From: an uncultured Acidobacteriota bacterium
GTDB taxonomy: Bacteria; Acidobacteriota; Thermoanaerobaculia; Multivoradales; UBA5704
NCBI GenBank assembly: GCA_963700145.1
Contig: OY969474.1
Coordinates: forward strand, 5,340,928 to 5,404,927
Direction of reading: 5' to 3'
Length of the DNA: 64,000 bases
The notes below the pieces were generated by a model. That model was given only the letters and a program-made list of their open reading frames with translations. It was not told the origin of the DNA and did not search any database. The translations under genes were made by a program, and so were the position numbers. This document shows positions 36,024-45,448 of this stretch, in pieces; position 1 is the stretch's first letter; every line of letters starts with the position of its first letter.

Positions 36024-37666
36024 GCCGCGGCGGCGGCATCGACGCGGTCGCGGCCGCCGAGGTCGTCGTCGTCGGCACGGGCGTCGCCGGCTTGACGGCC
36101 GCGCTCGGCTGCGCGCCGCGGCGGGTGACCCTCCTGACCAAGACCCGGCTGGGCGCCGGCGGCGCCAGCCCCTGGGCGCAGGGCGGGGTCGCCGCGGCGG
36201 TGGGGGAGGACGACTCGCCGGCCCTCCACGCCGCCGATACCCTCGCCGCCGGCGCCGGGCTCAGCGTGCCCGAGATCGTCGAGCTCCTCGTCCGCGAGGG
36301 ACCGGGGCGGGTGCGTGCCCTCCTCGCCCTGGGCGCCCGCTTCGACCGCGACGCCGACGGCGACCTCTCCCTCGGCCGTGAGGCCGCGCACAGCCGCCGC
36401 CGCATCCTCCACGCCCGCGACGCCACCGGCGCCGAGATGGTGCGGGCGCTGGTCGAGGCGGTGCGGCGCGCCCCGCACGTGCAGGTGCTGGAGGAGACCT
36501 TCGCGCTCGATCTTGTGGTCGAGGGCGGTCGGGTCGTCGGCCTCCTCGCGCTCGACCCGGACGGCCGCCGCGTCCTCCACCAGGCGAGCGCCGTGGTCCT
36601 CGCCACCGGCGGGCTCGGCCGGCTCTACCTCCACACCACGAACCCTCCCGAGGCGACCGGCGACGGCCTGGCGATGGCGGCGCGCGCCGGCGCCCGGCTG
36701 GTAGACCTGGAGTTCGTGCAGTTCCACCCTACTGCCCTGGCCGCCGGCGGCGACCCGCTGCCGCTGCTGACCGAAGCGCTGCGCGGGGAGGGGGCGGTGC
36801 TGGTGGACGGCCGCGGCCGCCGCTTCATGCCGGACGAGCACCCGCAGGCCGAGCTGGCGCCGCGCGACGTCGTGGCGCGCGCCATCTGGAAGCGGCAGGT
36901 GGCCGGCGAGCCGGTTTTCCTCGACGCTCGCGCCGCCTTGGGCGACCGCTTCCCCGAGCGCTTCCCGACCGTCTTCGCTCTCTGCCAGGAGCATGGCCTC
37001 GACCCGCGGCGCGAGCCGATGCCGGTGACGCCGGCGGCGCATTACCACATGGGCGGGGTGGCGGTGGACGAGCGCGGCCGCGGCTCGCTCGCCGGCCTCT
37101 GGGCCTGCGGCGAGGTGGCGGCGACCGGCGTGCACGGCGCCAACCGCCTGGCAAGCAACTCCCTGCTCGAGGCGCTCGTCTTCGGCGCCCGCGTCGCCGA
37201 GGACCTGCGCGCGCAGCGCCCGGCGCTCAAGCCGATCCTGCGCGGAGCGCTTCCACGATCTTCCCAACCCGTCATCCTGAGCGCAGCGAAGGATCTGGGT
37301 GGGGGAGACGGCGCGGCACGCAGCGGCGATCCAACTCTGGTCGCCGCCGTCCGCCGCCTGATGTGGCAGTGCGTCGGCCTGGTACGCGACGCGCGCGGGC
37401 TGCGGAGTGCTCTCGCCGAGCTGGCGCGGCTGCGCGCCGAGCACCCGCAAGCAGGCGGCGAGGCGCGCAATCTCCTCGCGCTGGCGCGTCTCGTCGCGGC
37501 AGCCGCCCTCACCCGATGCGAGAGCCGCGGCGGCCACTTCCGGGCGGATTACCCGGCCCCCGACCCGGCTTGGGAGCGGCGCCTCTTTCTCACCGCCGCC
37601 CCCGACGGTGACGCGCACTTCGAGGCCTCGCCCGCTCCGGCGTCCGCCGCCGCAGGGGCGCGGTGA
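36020..37666 (+). CDS. nadB: L-aspartate oxidase
   Basis: The GTG at 36020 overlaps the nadA stop. [18 protein letters not shown] fold, [33 protein letters not shown]. Confidence 0.9.
   Translation: MSRGGGIDAVAAAEVVVVGTGVAGLTAALGCAPRRVTLLTKTRLGAGGASPWAQGGVAAAVGEDDSPALHAADTLAAGAGLSVPEIVELLVREGPGRVRALLALGARFDRDADGDLSLGREAAHSRRRILHARDATGAEMVRALVEAVRRAPHVQVLEETFALDLVVEGGRVVGLLALDPDGRRVLHQASAVVLATGGLGRLYLHTTNPPEATGDGLAMAARAGARLVDLEFVQFHPTALAAGGDPLPLLTEALRGEGAVLVDGRGRRFMPDEHPQAELAPRDVVARAIWKRQVAGEPVFLDARAALGDRFPERFPTVFALCQEHGLDPRREPMPVTPAAHYHMGGVAVDERGRGSLAGLWACGEVAATGVHGANRLASNSLLEALVFGARVAEDLRAQRPALKPILRGALPRSSQPVILSAAKDLGGGDGAARSGDPTLVAAVRRLMWQCVGLVRDARGLRSALAELARLRAEHPQAGGEARNLLALARLVAAAALTRCESRGGHFRADYPAPDPAWERRLFLTAAPDGDAHFEASPAPASAAAGAR
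37271..37306. repeat. half copy of the REP-like element, in frame inside nadB
   Basis: gtcatcctgagcgcagcgaaggatctgggtggggga matches the left arm of the 12185 element at almost every position and is translated as [13 protein letters not shown] within NadB. Confidence 0.7.
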
Positions 37667-38505
37667 CCCCCCTCTACCCCCTGCTGTACGAGCCTGTCGT
37701 CCGGCGCGCGCTCGAGGAGGACCTCGGCCGCGCCGGCGACCTGACGAGCGATGCCGTCCTGCCGGCCGACCTCCGCGCCGAGGCGCGGGTGGTGGCGCGG
37801 GCGGCGGGACGCATCGCCGGCCTGGAGCCGGCGCTCGCCGCCTTCCGCCTGCTCGACCCCGGCTGCGCCATCGAGATCGACCTCCCCGACGGCGGCGACG
37901 CCGTCGCCGGCGAGATCCTGGCTATCGTGCGCGGACCCGCCCGCGCCCTCCTGGCGGCCGAGCGCACGGCGCTCAACCTCCTCGGCCGCCTCTCCGGCAT
38001 CGCCACCGCCACCCGCGAGCTGGTGGCGGCGGTCCGGCCGTACGCCGCGCGCGTCGTCTGCACCCGCAAGACCACCCCCGGGCTGCGCGCCCTCGAGAAG
38101 TACGCGGTGCGCTGCGGCGGCGGCGGCAACCACCGCTTTGGCCTCGACGACGGCGTGCTGATCAAGGACAACCACCGCGCCCTGGCCGGCGGGCTCCGCC
38201 CCGCGGTCGAGCGGGCGCGCGCCGCCGTCGGTCACATGGTGAAGATCGAGGTCGAGGTGGACACTCTGGAACAGTTGGACGAGGCGCTGGCGCTCGGGGT
38301 GGACGCCGTGCTGCTCGACAACATGGACCTGCCGACGCTCGCCGAGGCCGTGGGCCGCTGCCGCGGCCGCGCCCTCACCGAAGCCTCCGGCGGCATCACC
38401 CTAGCCACCGCCCCCGCCATCGCCGCCACCGGCGTCGACCTCCTCTCCGTCGGCTGGCTCACCCACAGTGCCCCGACCTTGGACGTGGCGCTGGACGTCG
38501 GCTAA
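37663..38505 (+). CDS. nadC: nicotinate-nucleotide pyrophosphorylase (carboxylating)
   Basis: 280 aa. The GTG overlaps the nadB stop. Motifs [34 protein letters not shown]. Confidence 0.9.
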   Translation: MTPLYPLLYEPVVRRALEEDLGRAGDLTSDAVLPADLRAEARVVARAAGRIAGLEPALAAFRLLDPGCAIEIDLPDGGDAVAGEILAIVRGPARALLAAERTALNLLGRLSGIATATRELVAAVRPYAARVVCTRKTTPGLRALEKYAVRCGGGGNHRFGLDDGVLIKDNHRALAGGLRPAVERARAAVGHMVKIEVEVDTLEQLDEALALGVDAVLLDNMDLPTLAEAVGRCRGRALTEASGGITLATAPAIAATGVDLLSVGWLTHSAPTLDVALDVG

Positions 38506-38568
38506 ACACTGGTTAGGCGTCACCGCTGTTGCCCCCGCAACGCCCAAGAAGAAGTCTCTAGTCCGCGG

Positions 38569-39396
38569 ATGGCGTTCGAAATGGATTGGGAAGCAGTGGA
38601 CCGCATGATCGACGACTTCCGCGACCTGATGCCGCCCGAGCCAAGCGCTCTTGGGCTCTTCATAGAACGTCATGATTGGAGGCCGGTGTGGAACCTCGCC
38701 CGGGAGATTCAAGAAGCCTTTCGGACCGTTCGTTATCCAACGACGGAGCTACGCCAAGCTTCCTGGAATCGCTTCTTCGAACTTAGGAGTGAAGCATCGC
38801 AGCGGGCCGACCGGGAACGAGAGTGGGTGAATATCCACTCTGAGAAGCACCGGGACGACATACTCTTCGAGTGCCGTGGCCTAGAGTACTCAAGACTTAC
38901 CGACATGATCTTTTTTTTTGACCCCACCACGGTGGAAGAAATGAAGGAGGCTGGCCGCAGGCTGGGTCATGCCATGAGCATGCTCAAAGAGCACAAGCAC
39001 AAGATGCTTCGCGAGCACAAACAGGAGTGCTTTGACCGCTTCCAGGAAATCAAAGAATCACACGAGATCTTCTGGGAGGACTACCGCAAGACTCGGGATC
39101 TGCGCAGACAGGAGTATCTCGAAAGACGCCAGGCGACTATCGCCAAGATCGAGGCTAATCTTGAGAAGAACGAAGACCAGCTCGAAAAGGCTCGAGCCGC
39201 GCCCGCTCATGCCGAGGAGCGTATTGCACAGCTTCGCGAGAAGATTGACTCCACGAACAGTGAGAAGTGGCGAGACATATGGTCCGGCTGGCTCGAGGAG
39301 GCCGAGCGCAAGGCCGAGGACATCGAGGAGCATATCGAGCGAATCCGCGGTTGGATTGATGAAGGTCAGCGCAAGCTCTTCGATCTTAACCAGTAG
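38569..39396 (+). CDS. hypothetical coiled-coil protein
   Basis: 275 aa, Glu/Arg/Lys-rich helical C-terminal half, low GC. It contains a T9 run at 38911-38919 (codons IFFF). No family recognised. Confidence 0.6.
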   Translation: MAFEMDWEAVDRMIDDFRDLMPPEPSALGLFIERHDWRPVWNLAREIQEAFRTVRYPTTELRQASWNRFFELRSEASQRADREREWVNIHSEKHRDDILFECRGLEYSRLTDMIFFFDPTTVEEMKEAGRRLGHAMSMLKEHKHKMLREHKQECFDRFQEIKESHEIFWEDYRKTRDLRRQEYLERRQATIAKIEANLEKNEDQLEKARAAPAHAEERIAQLREKIDSTNSEKWRDIWSGWLEEAERKAEDIEEHIERIRGWIDEGQRKLFDLNQ

Positions 39397-39496
39397 CCGC
39401 TTTGGCCGACCGCCTAACCCGGCGCTTGCAGCGAACAGCCGGCTTCGCCGTCGCTGAAGCGCTAACCGTTAGCTCGGCCTGAGCACCGAGAGTGGT

Positions 39497-40341
39497 ATGC
39501 GAGACATCGGACTTCTCGATCTCCTGCAGCTCGCCGGTTTCTCCGCAACTACGCGGACCAAGTTGGTGCGCCACCAAGACGCGCACTATGACGCGCAAGA
39601 CCTGCTGCGGCGGGGATGGCTCGAAACCTACCAGGCCTTTCAGTCACGGCCAGTCTTCGACAGGACCGATTTCATTGTCTCGTTCATCGGGATGCGTGGC
39701 AACCGTGCTCGCTTCATCGGAATCTATCGCGTCCTTGCTCGGCGGCCTTCGCAAGACGGCTCCATCCGGCGGAGTGCCCTTACCTTGAGTGGCGCAACGT
39801 CGGCTACTTCTACGATCTGCAACGGCACACCGGCTTCGACCACCTTGAGAACCGGGTCATCATCGACTGGAAAGCTGCCCGCGCGTGGCATCAACGGGTC
39901 CAGAACAGGCCTGTTGTTGAGATCTTGCCGGCCGGCTACCTTCTCGAGCCCTTTGACGACTACCTCCAGTTTAACGTCACACATTCTGAGCTGCGATACC
40001 TAGTGGAGCACCAGGAGGCGCATAAAGAGTGGCGCGCACGTCTTTCGGCCGTCGCAGGCGTCTATCTGATCCTCGCGACAACCACGGGTGACCAGTACGT
40101 CGGTTCCGCCTACGGCGCCCAGGGCATCTGGGGCCGTTGGTCCGCCTACGCTCGCGACGGCCACGCCGGTAACGCCCTGCTGCGCGCATTGGTGTCCAAG
40201 AACCCTGCGTATCCAGCTGGGTTCTCCTACTCGGTCCTTCAGATCTTGCCGACCAGCTTCGCGCGGCCAGAGGTCCTTCAAAACGAGCGGCTGTTCAAGC
40301 AGAAGCTTGGCAGCCGTGCTACCGGCCTCAATGCAAACTAA
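39497..40341 (+). pseudogene. GIY-YIG nuclease family gene with an apparent single frameshift near 39745-39785
   Basis: ORF 39497..40003 is plausible only up to about RRPSQDG. ORF 39616..40341 is plausible only from about PYLEWRNVGYFYDL onward. The C-terminal part has GVYLILATTTGDQYVGSAYG...GRWSAY...GN...NERLFKQKLG (GIY-YIG, Arg, Glu). Confidence 0.65.
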
Positions 40342-40454
40342 CGCGGCTTACCGCTGAAGAGCGCTCCCCCAGAGGAACGAAAAGGGAGGATCCGCGTGTC
40401 GAGAAAAAAAGGCGATCACGTCGCCGGGGACCCGGACAGTGAGCGCGCCAACTC

Positions 40455-40770
40455 TCTGACGCGCTGTGGACTGGCTCATCGGGATCCCAATTGCTGGTAG
40501 CAACTCTGCGGGCGACTTGCCGCCTAAGAGTTTGCGTCGCCGCTCGAACCAGCCGCGGATGCCGTTGTCGTTGTAGGTGCTGGCGAGCCCGCTTACGACC
40601 GTCAGGAGGCAGTGCGCGCGGGTGGCACGGGGTCGGGAATCAGGCGACTGCCAGACTGATAACGACGGACACTTGCTGCTGAGACTCCCAGAAGCCGCGC
40701 GAACTGCTCGGTGCCTAGGAGCCCCCGAGAGCGAGGATCTCTCCAGTGGGCGCTACTGACGCCTCGATTG
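40455..40770 (-). pseudogene. decayed Xre-HTH/DUF2384 (ParS/MbcA-type) antitoxin
   Basis: The minus strand gives LLGTEQFARLLGVSAASVRRYQSGSRLIPDPV, then after a 1-nt frame change RAHCLLTVVSGLASTYNDNGIRGWFERRRKLLGGKSPAELL (DUF2384-like W...LGG.sP..LL). No start codon and no RES/toxin partner were found. Confidence 0.4.
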
Positions 40771-40786
40771 CCACTCTGAGGCGATT

Positions 40787-42004
40787 CTACGGCCCCCAGT
40801 TGCAGAGGTCGTCGGCGGCGATCGCCGGGTAGCCGGCGCTGTAGCGGCCTTCGGCGGTGAAGATCGGGCCCACCCAGGCCTGGGCGTGGGTCTCGTCGGC
40901 GTGCCAGAGGTCGAGGAGGAGCCAGCCGAATTCGTCGTCGACCGGCAGCTCCAGGGAGCCCACCGTCACCGCCTGAGTGGCGATCGGGAAGGCGGCGGCA
41001 CCGGCGAGCTCGGTGGGGTTCTCCTGCTCGTCGAAGGCCACCACCTGCTGCGCGCCGAGCGGCAGCCAGACGGGGGTGGAGCCGCAGGGGAGCGGGCGGG
41101 GGGAGCTGTCGCGGGTGTCGCGCCAGACGATCAGGCGCGTGCCGCCGTCGAAGTCCCCGCCGTGGACGAAGCGGCTGTAGTAAAGGCTGGGCAGCGGCAC
41201 CCGCGCGTCGCGGGCGTCGAAGCCGACGTAGCGGCCGTAGAAGGTGTAGGTGCCGGCGACCAGCAGGTCGGCGTCGGCCACCAGGTGCACCGCCGCGCTG
41301 CCCTGGGAGCTGTTGCCCGCCGGGTCGACGAAGACGTAGTCCCCCCAGAGCACGTTGTCGTTGGTCGCGACGCCGGTCCCCCCGGCCGCGAAGTAGAGCG
41401 GGTCGGCCGGTGTGTTGCGCTGGCTCCCGACGCCGACCGCGCTGCAGCGCCGCACGGCGTCAATGGTGACGTACCCGGTGGCGAAGCGGGTGTCGGCGCG
41501 CGGCTCGCTCAAGCACTGCGTAGGGAAGCTCTGCGGGATCGGCCGCCCGGTGTGGGCGGCGGTGAGCAGGGCGACGTCGGCGGCGGAGGGGGGAACGACC
41601 CCGGCCACGGTGCCGCCGCAGTTGTCGAAGCCGGGACCCGGCTCCGAGAGCTCTCCTTGCGGGCTCGCCTGCGGCCCGGTGCGCGGCACCTGGCCGCGCA
41701 GCAGGTCGCGGACGTTGAGCGTCTGCACGTCGTAGCCGGTCAGGTAGACGTCGAAAGCGAGCGTCGGGACCCCCCAGTCCGTCCACAGCACCACCCGCGC
41801 CAGCGCCGGCTTCGCGCCGCCGTTGTTGACCGAGAAGAGGGTGGTCTTGCCGCGCGGGTCCTCGAGATCCACCTCGAAGAAGGGGATGAGGAGGCTGGCC
41901 GCGGGCTGGTCGTCGACCCGACAGTTGCCCGCGAGGGCGCCGCCTGCCGCCGGCATGGCCAGCAGCACGGCGCCGAGCCCTCCCAGGACAATGAGCTTGC
42001 GCAT
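40787..42004 (-). CDS. hypothetical secreted protein
   Basis: 405 aa with a signal peptide (MRKLIVLGGLGAVLLAMPAAGGALA) and backbone GC. No family recognised. Confidence 0.65.
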   Translation of the reverse strand: MRKLIVLGGLGAVLLAMPAAGGALAGNCRVDDQPAASLLIPFFEVDLEDPRGKTTLFSVNNGGAKPALARVVLWTDWGVPTLAFDVYLTGYDVQTLNVRDLLRGQVPRTGPQASPQGELSEPGPGFDNCGGTVAGVVPPSAADVALLTAAHTGRPIPQSFPTQCLSEPRADTRFATGYVTIDAVRRCSAVGVGSQRNTPADPLYFAAGGTGVATNDNVLWGDYVFVDPAGNSSQGSAAVHLVADADLLVAGTYTFYGRYVGFDARDARVPLPSLYYSRFVHGGDFDGGTRLIVWRDTRDSSPRPLPCGSTPVWLPLGAQQVVAFDEQENPTELAGAAAFPIATQAVTVGSLELPVDDEFGWLLLDLWHADETHAQAWVGPIFTAEGRYSAGYPAIAADDLCNWGP

Positions 42005-42064
42005 CGATTCTCCTCGCGGCCGCGCCGGCCGGGTCCCCGGCGGGGTCCGCTAGACTACCCTTCG

Positions 42065-42994
42065 ATGAGCGAGGGTTTGATCCAGATCGGGGTGGAGCGC
42101 TCGCCGCGCCCCGAGTGGCTACGCATCCGGCTGACGACCCCGGCTTCCTACCACCGGGTGCGCGACCTCGTCGAGCGTCTGCACCTGCATACCGTCTGCC
42201 AGGAGGCCCGTTGCCCCAACATTTACGAGTGCTGGGGGGAGCACGGGACGGCCACGTTCATGATCCTGGGGGACGTCTGCACCCGCCGTTGCGGCTTCTG
42301 CGCCGTCACCTCGGGGCGCCCTCGGCCGGGGGTGGACGCCGAGGAGCCGGCGCACGTCGCCGAGGCGGTGGCGGCGATGGGGCTGCGGCACGCCGTCGTC
42401 ACCTCGGTCGACCGCGACGACCTCCTCGACGGCGGCGCCGGCCATTTCGCGGCGGTGATCCAGGCCATCCACCGGCACAACCCGGGGACAGCCGTCGAGG
42501 TGCTGACCCCCGACTTCCGCGGCGTCCCGGACGCCCTCGACGTGGTGCTGCGGGCCCGGCCCGAGGTCTTCTCGCACAACACCGAGACCGTGCCGCGCCT
42601 CTACCGCGCCGCCCGTCCCGGCAGCCGCTACGACCGCACGATCGGCCTGCTCGCCGCGGCGGCGAGCCGGCGCGACGCCGGGGAGTACCGCGGCGTGGTC
42701 AAGACCGGGATGATGCTCGGGCTCGGCGAGGCGCCGGAGGAGGTGCGGACGACGCTGTGCGACCTGCACGGCGCGGGCGTCGAGGTGCTGACCCTCGGCC
42801 AGTACCTCCAGCCCACGCCGCGCCACCTGCCGGTCGCCCGCTGGGTCCACCCCGACGAGTTCGCCGCCTACCGCGAGGAGGCGCTCGCCCTCGGCTTCCG
42901 CCACTGCACGGCGGGGCCGCTGGTGCGCAGCAGCTACCACGCGCACGAGCACGTGCCGCCGGCAGCGGTACCCCTCGCTGCCGGCGCCGCCTGA
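42065..42994 (+). CDS. lipA: lipoyl synthase
   Basis: The ATG at 42065 lies within track ORF 40886..42994. CQEARCPNIYEC and radical-SAM CTRRCGFC clusters. Confidence 0.9.
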   Translation: MSEGLIQIGVERSPRPEWLRIRLTTPASYHRVRDLVERLHLHTVCQEARCPNIYECWGEHGTATFMILGDVCTRRCGFCAVTSGRPRPGVDAEEPAHVAEAVAAMGLRHAVVTSVDRDDLLDGGAGHFAAVIQAIHRHNPGTAVEVLTPDFRGVPDALDVVLRARPEVFSHNTETVPRLYRAARPGSRYDRTIGLLAAAASRRDAGEYRGVVKTGMMLGLGEAPEEVRTTLCDLHGAGVEVLTLGQYLQPTPRHLPVARWVHPDEFAAYREEALALGFRHCTAGPLVRSSYHAHEHVPPAAVPLAAGAA

Positions 42995-43002
42995 CCCGCC
43001 GC

Positions 43003-43872
43003 TCAGGCCGCCGGCTTCACCGCGCGCACGAAGGCGCTCATCACCTTCCCGTCCACCTCCGCCAGCACCGCCTCGTCGATGGCATCCTCCGGCAGCACGG
43101 CGCGGGCGTCGGCGGCACCGAAGACGCGCGTCGGCTCGACCTCGATGTCCGTGAAGCCCGCGTCGCCGAGGAAGCGCCGGTAGTCGGCCTCGGTGAGCGC
43201 CCCGGCAACGCAGCCGGTCCAGGCCTCGACGCTCCGGCGCACCCGCTCAGGCAGCTCGGCCGCGAGCACGATGTCCGAGACCGCGAAGCGGCCGCCGGGA
43301 CGGAGCACGCGGAAGGCCTCGGCCAGGGCGCGCGGCTTGTCCGGCGAGAGGTTGACGACGCAGTTCGAGATCACCACGTCCACCGCCTCGTCCGGCAGCG
43401 GCACGCTCTCCAGCTCGCCCTTGAGGAACTCGGCATTGGAGACGCCGGCGCGGCGCTGGTTCTCGCGCGCCAGCTCCAGCATGTCGTCGGTCATGTCCAG
43501 CCCGTAGGCGCGGCCGGCCGGCCCGACGCGGCGGGCGGAGAGGAGGACGTCGAGCCCGCCACCGGAGCCGAGGTCGAGGACCACCTCGCCGGGGCGGAGG
43601 TCGGCGAGGAGCGTCGGGTTGCCGCAGCCGAGAGAGGCGCGGACGGCGTCGGGCGGCAGCCCCTCGGTCTCGGCGGCGGAGTAGAGGTCGGCGGTGATCG
43701 GGTCGGCGGCGGCGGCGTCGCCGCAGCCGCAGCCGCAGCCCGGGGCGGCGCCGCTCCGCGCGGCGCGCGCGGCGGCGCCGTAGCGCTCGCGGACGACGTC
43801 CTTGATGGCGCGATCGCCGGTGGTGGGGGAGGGAGTGGTGACGCTTGCTACGGTGGGGGTGCAGCAGCTCAT
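43003..43872 (-). CDS. arsM: arsenite S-adenosylmethionine methyltransferase
   Basis: 289 aa. Motifs [16 protein letters not shown] (SAM motif I), [14 protein letters not shown], and Cys-rich N-terminus. Confidence 0.85.
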   Translation of the reverse strand: MSCCTPTVASVTTPSPTTGDRAIKDVVRERYGAAARAARSGAAPGCGCGCGDAAAADPITADLYSAAETEGLPPDAVRASLGCGNPTLLADLRPGEVVLDLGSGGGLDVLLSARRVGPAGRAYGLDMTDDMLELARENQRRAGVSNAEFLKGELESVPLPDEAVDVVISNCVVNLSPDKPRALAEAFRVLRPGGRFAVSDIVLAAELPERVRRSVEAWTGCVAGALTEADYRRFLGDAGFTDIEVEPTRVFGAADARAVLPEDAIDEAVLAEVDGKVMSAFVRAVKPAA

Positions 43873-43909
43873 GGTTCGGTTCTCCTTTCAGTTATCCTGA
43901 TGTGTTGTC

Positions 43910-43919
43910 AGTTGCAACT
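43910..43919. promoter_or_regulatory. AGTTGCAACT palindrome upstream of arsM
   Basis: A perfect 10-bp palindrome 38 bp upstream of the arsM start. The same core recurs upstream of the MarR gene. Confidence 0.5.
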
Positions 43920-43935
43920 ATCGGCTCAAAAAAAC

Positions 43936-44436
43936 TCACCCGATGCGGCAGCAGGTCCCGGCGCCGGTCTCGACCCGGCCGGCGGCCGCCCGCGCCAACC
44001 CGGCGATCAGCCGGGTCATCGCCTGCCGCACCTCGGGCGTGAAATCGGCGAGGAGGCGGCGCTCCTCCTCCAGGATGTCCCCTTCGATCCGCGTGTGGAG
44101 CGCCCGCCCTGCGGCGGTGGGCTCGAGCTGGAGCGCGCGTCCGTCCTGCGGGTGCGGGCGCCGCGCCACGTAGCCCTTGCGCTCGAGCGCGTCCACCACC
44201 CGGCTCGCCGTGCTCTTGTCGAGGAAGAGGTGGGCGGCGAGCTCGTTGAGCGTCAGCGCGCCGCGGCGCACCAGCGCCTCCAGGGCGTAGCACTGGGTCA
44301 CCGAGACGTCGTAGCAGCAGATGCGGTCGCGGTCGCGGAACTGGTAGACGCGGATCAGGTCGGAGAGGGCGTCGTAGAGCCCCCGCGTGTCGCGGTCGAG
44401 CGTGGCGTCCAGGGCGGGGGCGGTGCGCGTCGTCAT
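43936..44436 (-). CDS. MarR-family transcriptional regulator with two vicinal Cys pairs
   Basis: The ATG at 44436 lies within track ORF 43936..44736. wHTH LTLNELAAHLFLDKSTASRVVDALERKGYVARRPHPQDGRA. CC at RICCYD and at the C-terminal TCCRIG. Confidence 0.8.
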   Translation of the reverse strand: MTTRTAPALDATLDRDTRGLYDALSDLIRVYQFRDRDRICCYDVSVTQCYALEALVRRGALTLNELAAHLFLDKSTASRVVDALERKGYVARRPHPQDGRALQLEPTAAGRALHTRIEGDILEEERRLLADFTPEVRQAMTRLIAGLARAAAGRVETGAGTCCRIG

Positions 44437-44452
44437 GCCGGGGACCCTAACA

Positions 44453-44475
44453 CAACTAGTTGGCAGTTGCAACTG
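44453..44475. promoter_or_regulatory. tandem palindromes CAACTAGTTG and CAGTTGCAACTG in the marR / lipoprotein divergent region
   Basis: Both are perfect palindromes built from CAACT/AGTTG half-sites. They lie 17-39 bp upstream of the MarR start. Confidence 0.5.
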
Positions 44476-44490
44476 GAGTAGAGTCCCGGC

Positions 44491-44946
44491 GTGCGCCGTG
44501 CCTCCCCCGCCCTCGTTTTCCCGCTCCTCCTCGCCGGCTGCGCCGCCTGGGGCGCGCGCGGCTCGGCGGTGCGCGAGCTGGAGCTCCGCGAGCCGGCGGT
44601 CGCCTGGCAGGCGGGGAGCCTGGTGCGCGGCGACCTCGACGGCGACGGCGCGGGCGACTACGCGCTGACCGGGCGGAAGGGCGAGCTGTTCGTGGTCGGC
44701 ATCCTCCAGGGGCCGCCGGCGAAGGCGGGGAAGCACTGGACGCTGGAGTTCCCGATCGGCGGCGACGACCAGGACGCCCTCTGCTCACCGGCCGCCCGCC
44801 TGCGGCTGGAGGAGCTGGAGGGGGTGCCGCCGGAGGCGACCCCGCCTGCCGGCAACCGCGGCCTCGCGCTCCACGACGAGCGCTGCGACGCCTTCCACAT
44901 CTACTGGGACCCGGCGAAGCAGAGCTTCGACTACTGGCGGCTGTAG
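44491..44946 (+). CDS. hypothetical lipoprotein
   Basis: 151 aa with lipobox LLLAGC and a GDLDGDGAGDY (FG-GAP-like) segment. Confidence 0.6.
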   Translation: MRRASPALVFPLLLAGCAAWGARGSAVRELELREPAVAWQAGSLVRGDLDGDGAGDYALTGRKGELFVVGILQGPPAKAGKHWTLEFPIGGDDQDALCSPAARLRLEELEGVPPEATPPAGNRGLALHDERCDAFHIYWDPAKQSFDYWRL

Positions 44947-44948
44947 CC

Positions 44949-45374
44949 CTACGGCTCGCCCGGCGGTGGTGCCCGGCGCGCCCGCTTCAGCTCGGCGCGG
45001 CGGCGCTTGTCCGCAGCGCGCCGGCGCTTGGCGGCGGCGGAGGGGCGGGTGGGCCTCCGCGGCGCCTCCTCGGCGAGGGCGGCGCGCAGCAGCGCCGCGA
45101 ACCGCGCCACCGCCTCCTCGCGGTTCGCCCCCTGGGTGCGGTGCTTCTGCGCCACGACCCGCAGCACCCCGTCCTTGGCGATCCGGCTCGCCAGCCGCTC
45201 GCGCAGCCGCTCCTTCTGCGCCGCGTCGAGGCTCGGCGAGCCCGCGAGGTCGAAGAGCAGGGTGACGCGGCTCTCGACCTTGTTGACGTTCTGCCCGCCG
45301 GGCCCGGAGCTGCGCGAGGTGGCGAAGCGGACCTCCGCTTCGGGGATCGCCAGCTCGGGGGTGACCTCGATCAC
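44949..45374 (-). CDS. arfB: alternative ribosome-rescue factor ArfB (YaeJ-type peptidyl-tRNA hydrolase)
   Basis: 141 aa with the GGQ motif (SSGPGGQNVNKVESRV) and a basic C-terminal tail. Confidence 0.85.
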   Translation of the reverse strand: MIEVTPELAIPEAEVRFATSRSSGPGGQNVNKVESRVTLLFDLAGSPSLDAAQKERLRERLASRIAKDGVLRVVAQKHRTQGANREEAVARFAALLRAALAEEAPRRPTRPSAAAKRRRAADKRRRAELKRARRAPPPGEP

Positions 45375-45448
45375 CGCGTCAAGCTAACACGCGCTCCGCA
45401 CGCCGCTGCTAGGATCGCCGGCGCTCCACCCGCGGTTCTGGAGGGCTC

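Larger units (their letters stand above)
38506..40786. other. low-GC accessory patch between nadC and a native secreted-protein gene
   Basis: An abrupt drop in GC and change in codon style. It contains one orphan ORF and two disrupted genes. Confidence 0.5.

Noticed and set aside
25995-37618. Long ORFs 25995..28454(-), 29545..30981(-), 29637..31229(+), 31074..33149(-), 31160..33118(+), 32089..33756(-), 33753..34877(-) and 35648..37618(-).
   Set aside because: The same composition artefact. Each is shadowed by a motif-bearing gene: lpdA, E1, E2, the multihaem cytochrome, lipB, nrtR, nadA or nadB.
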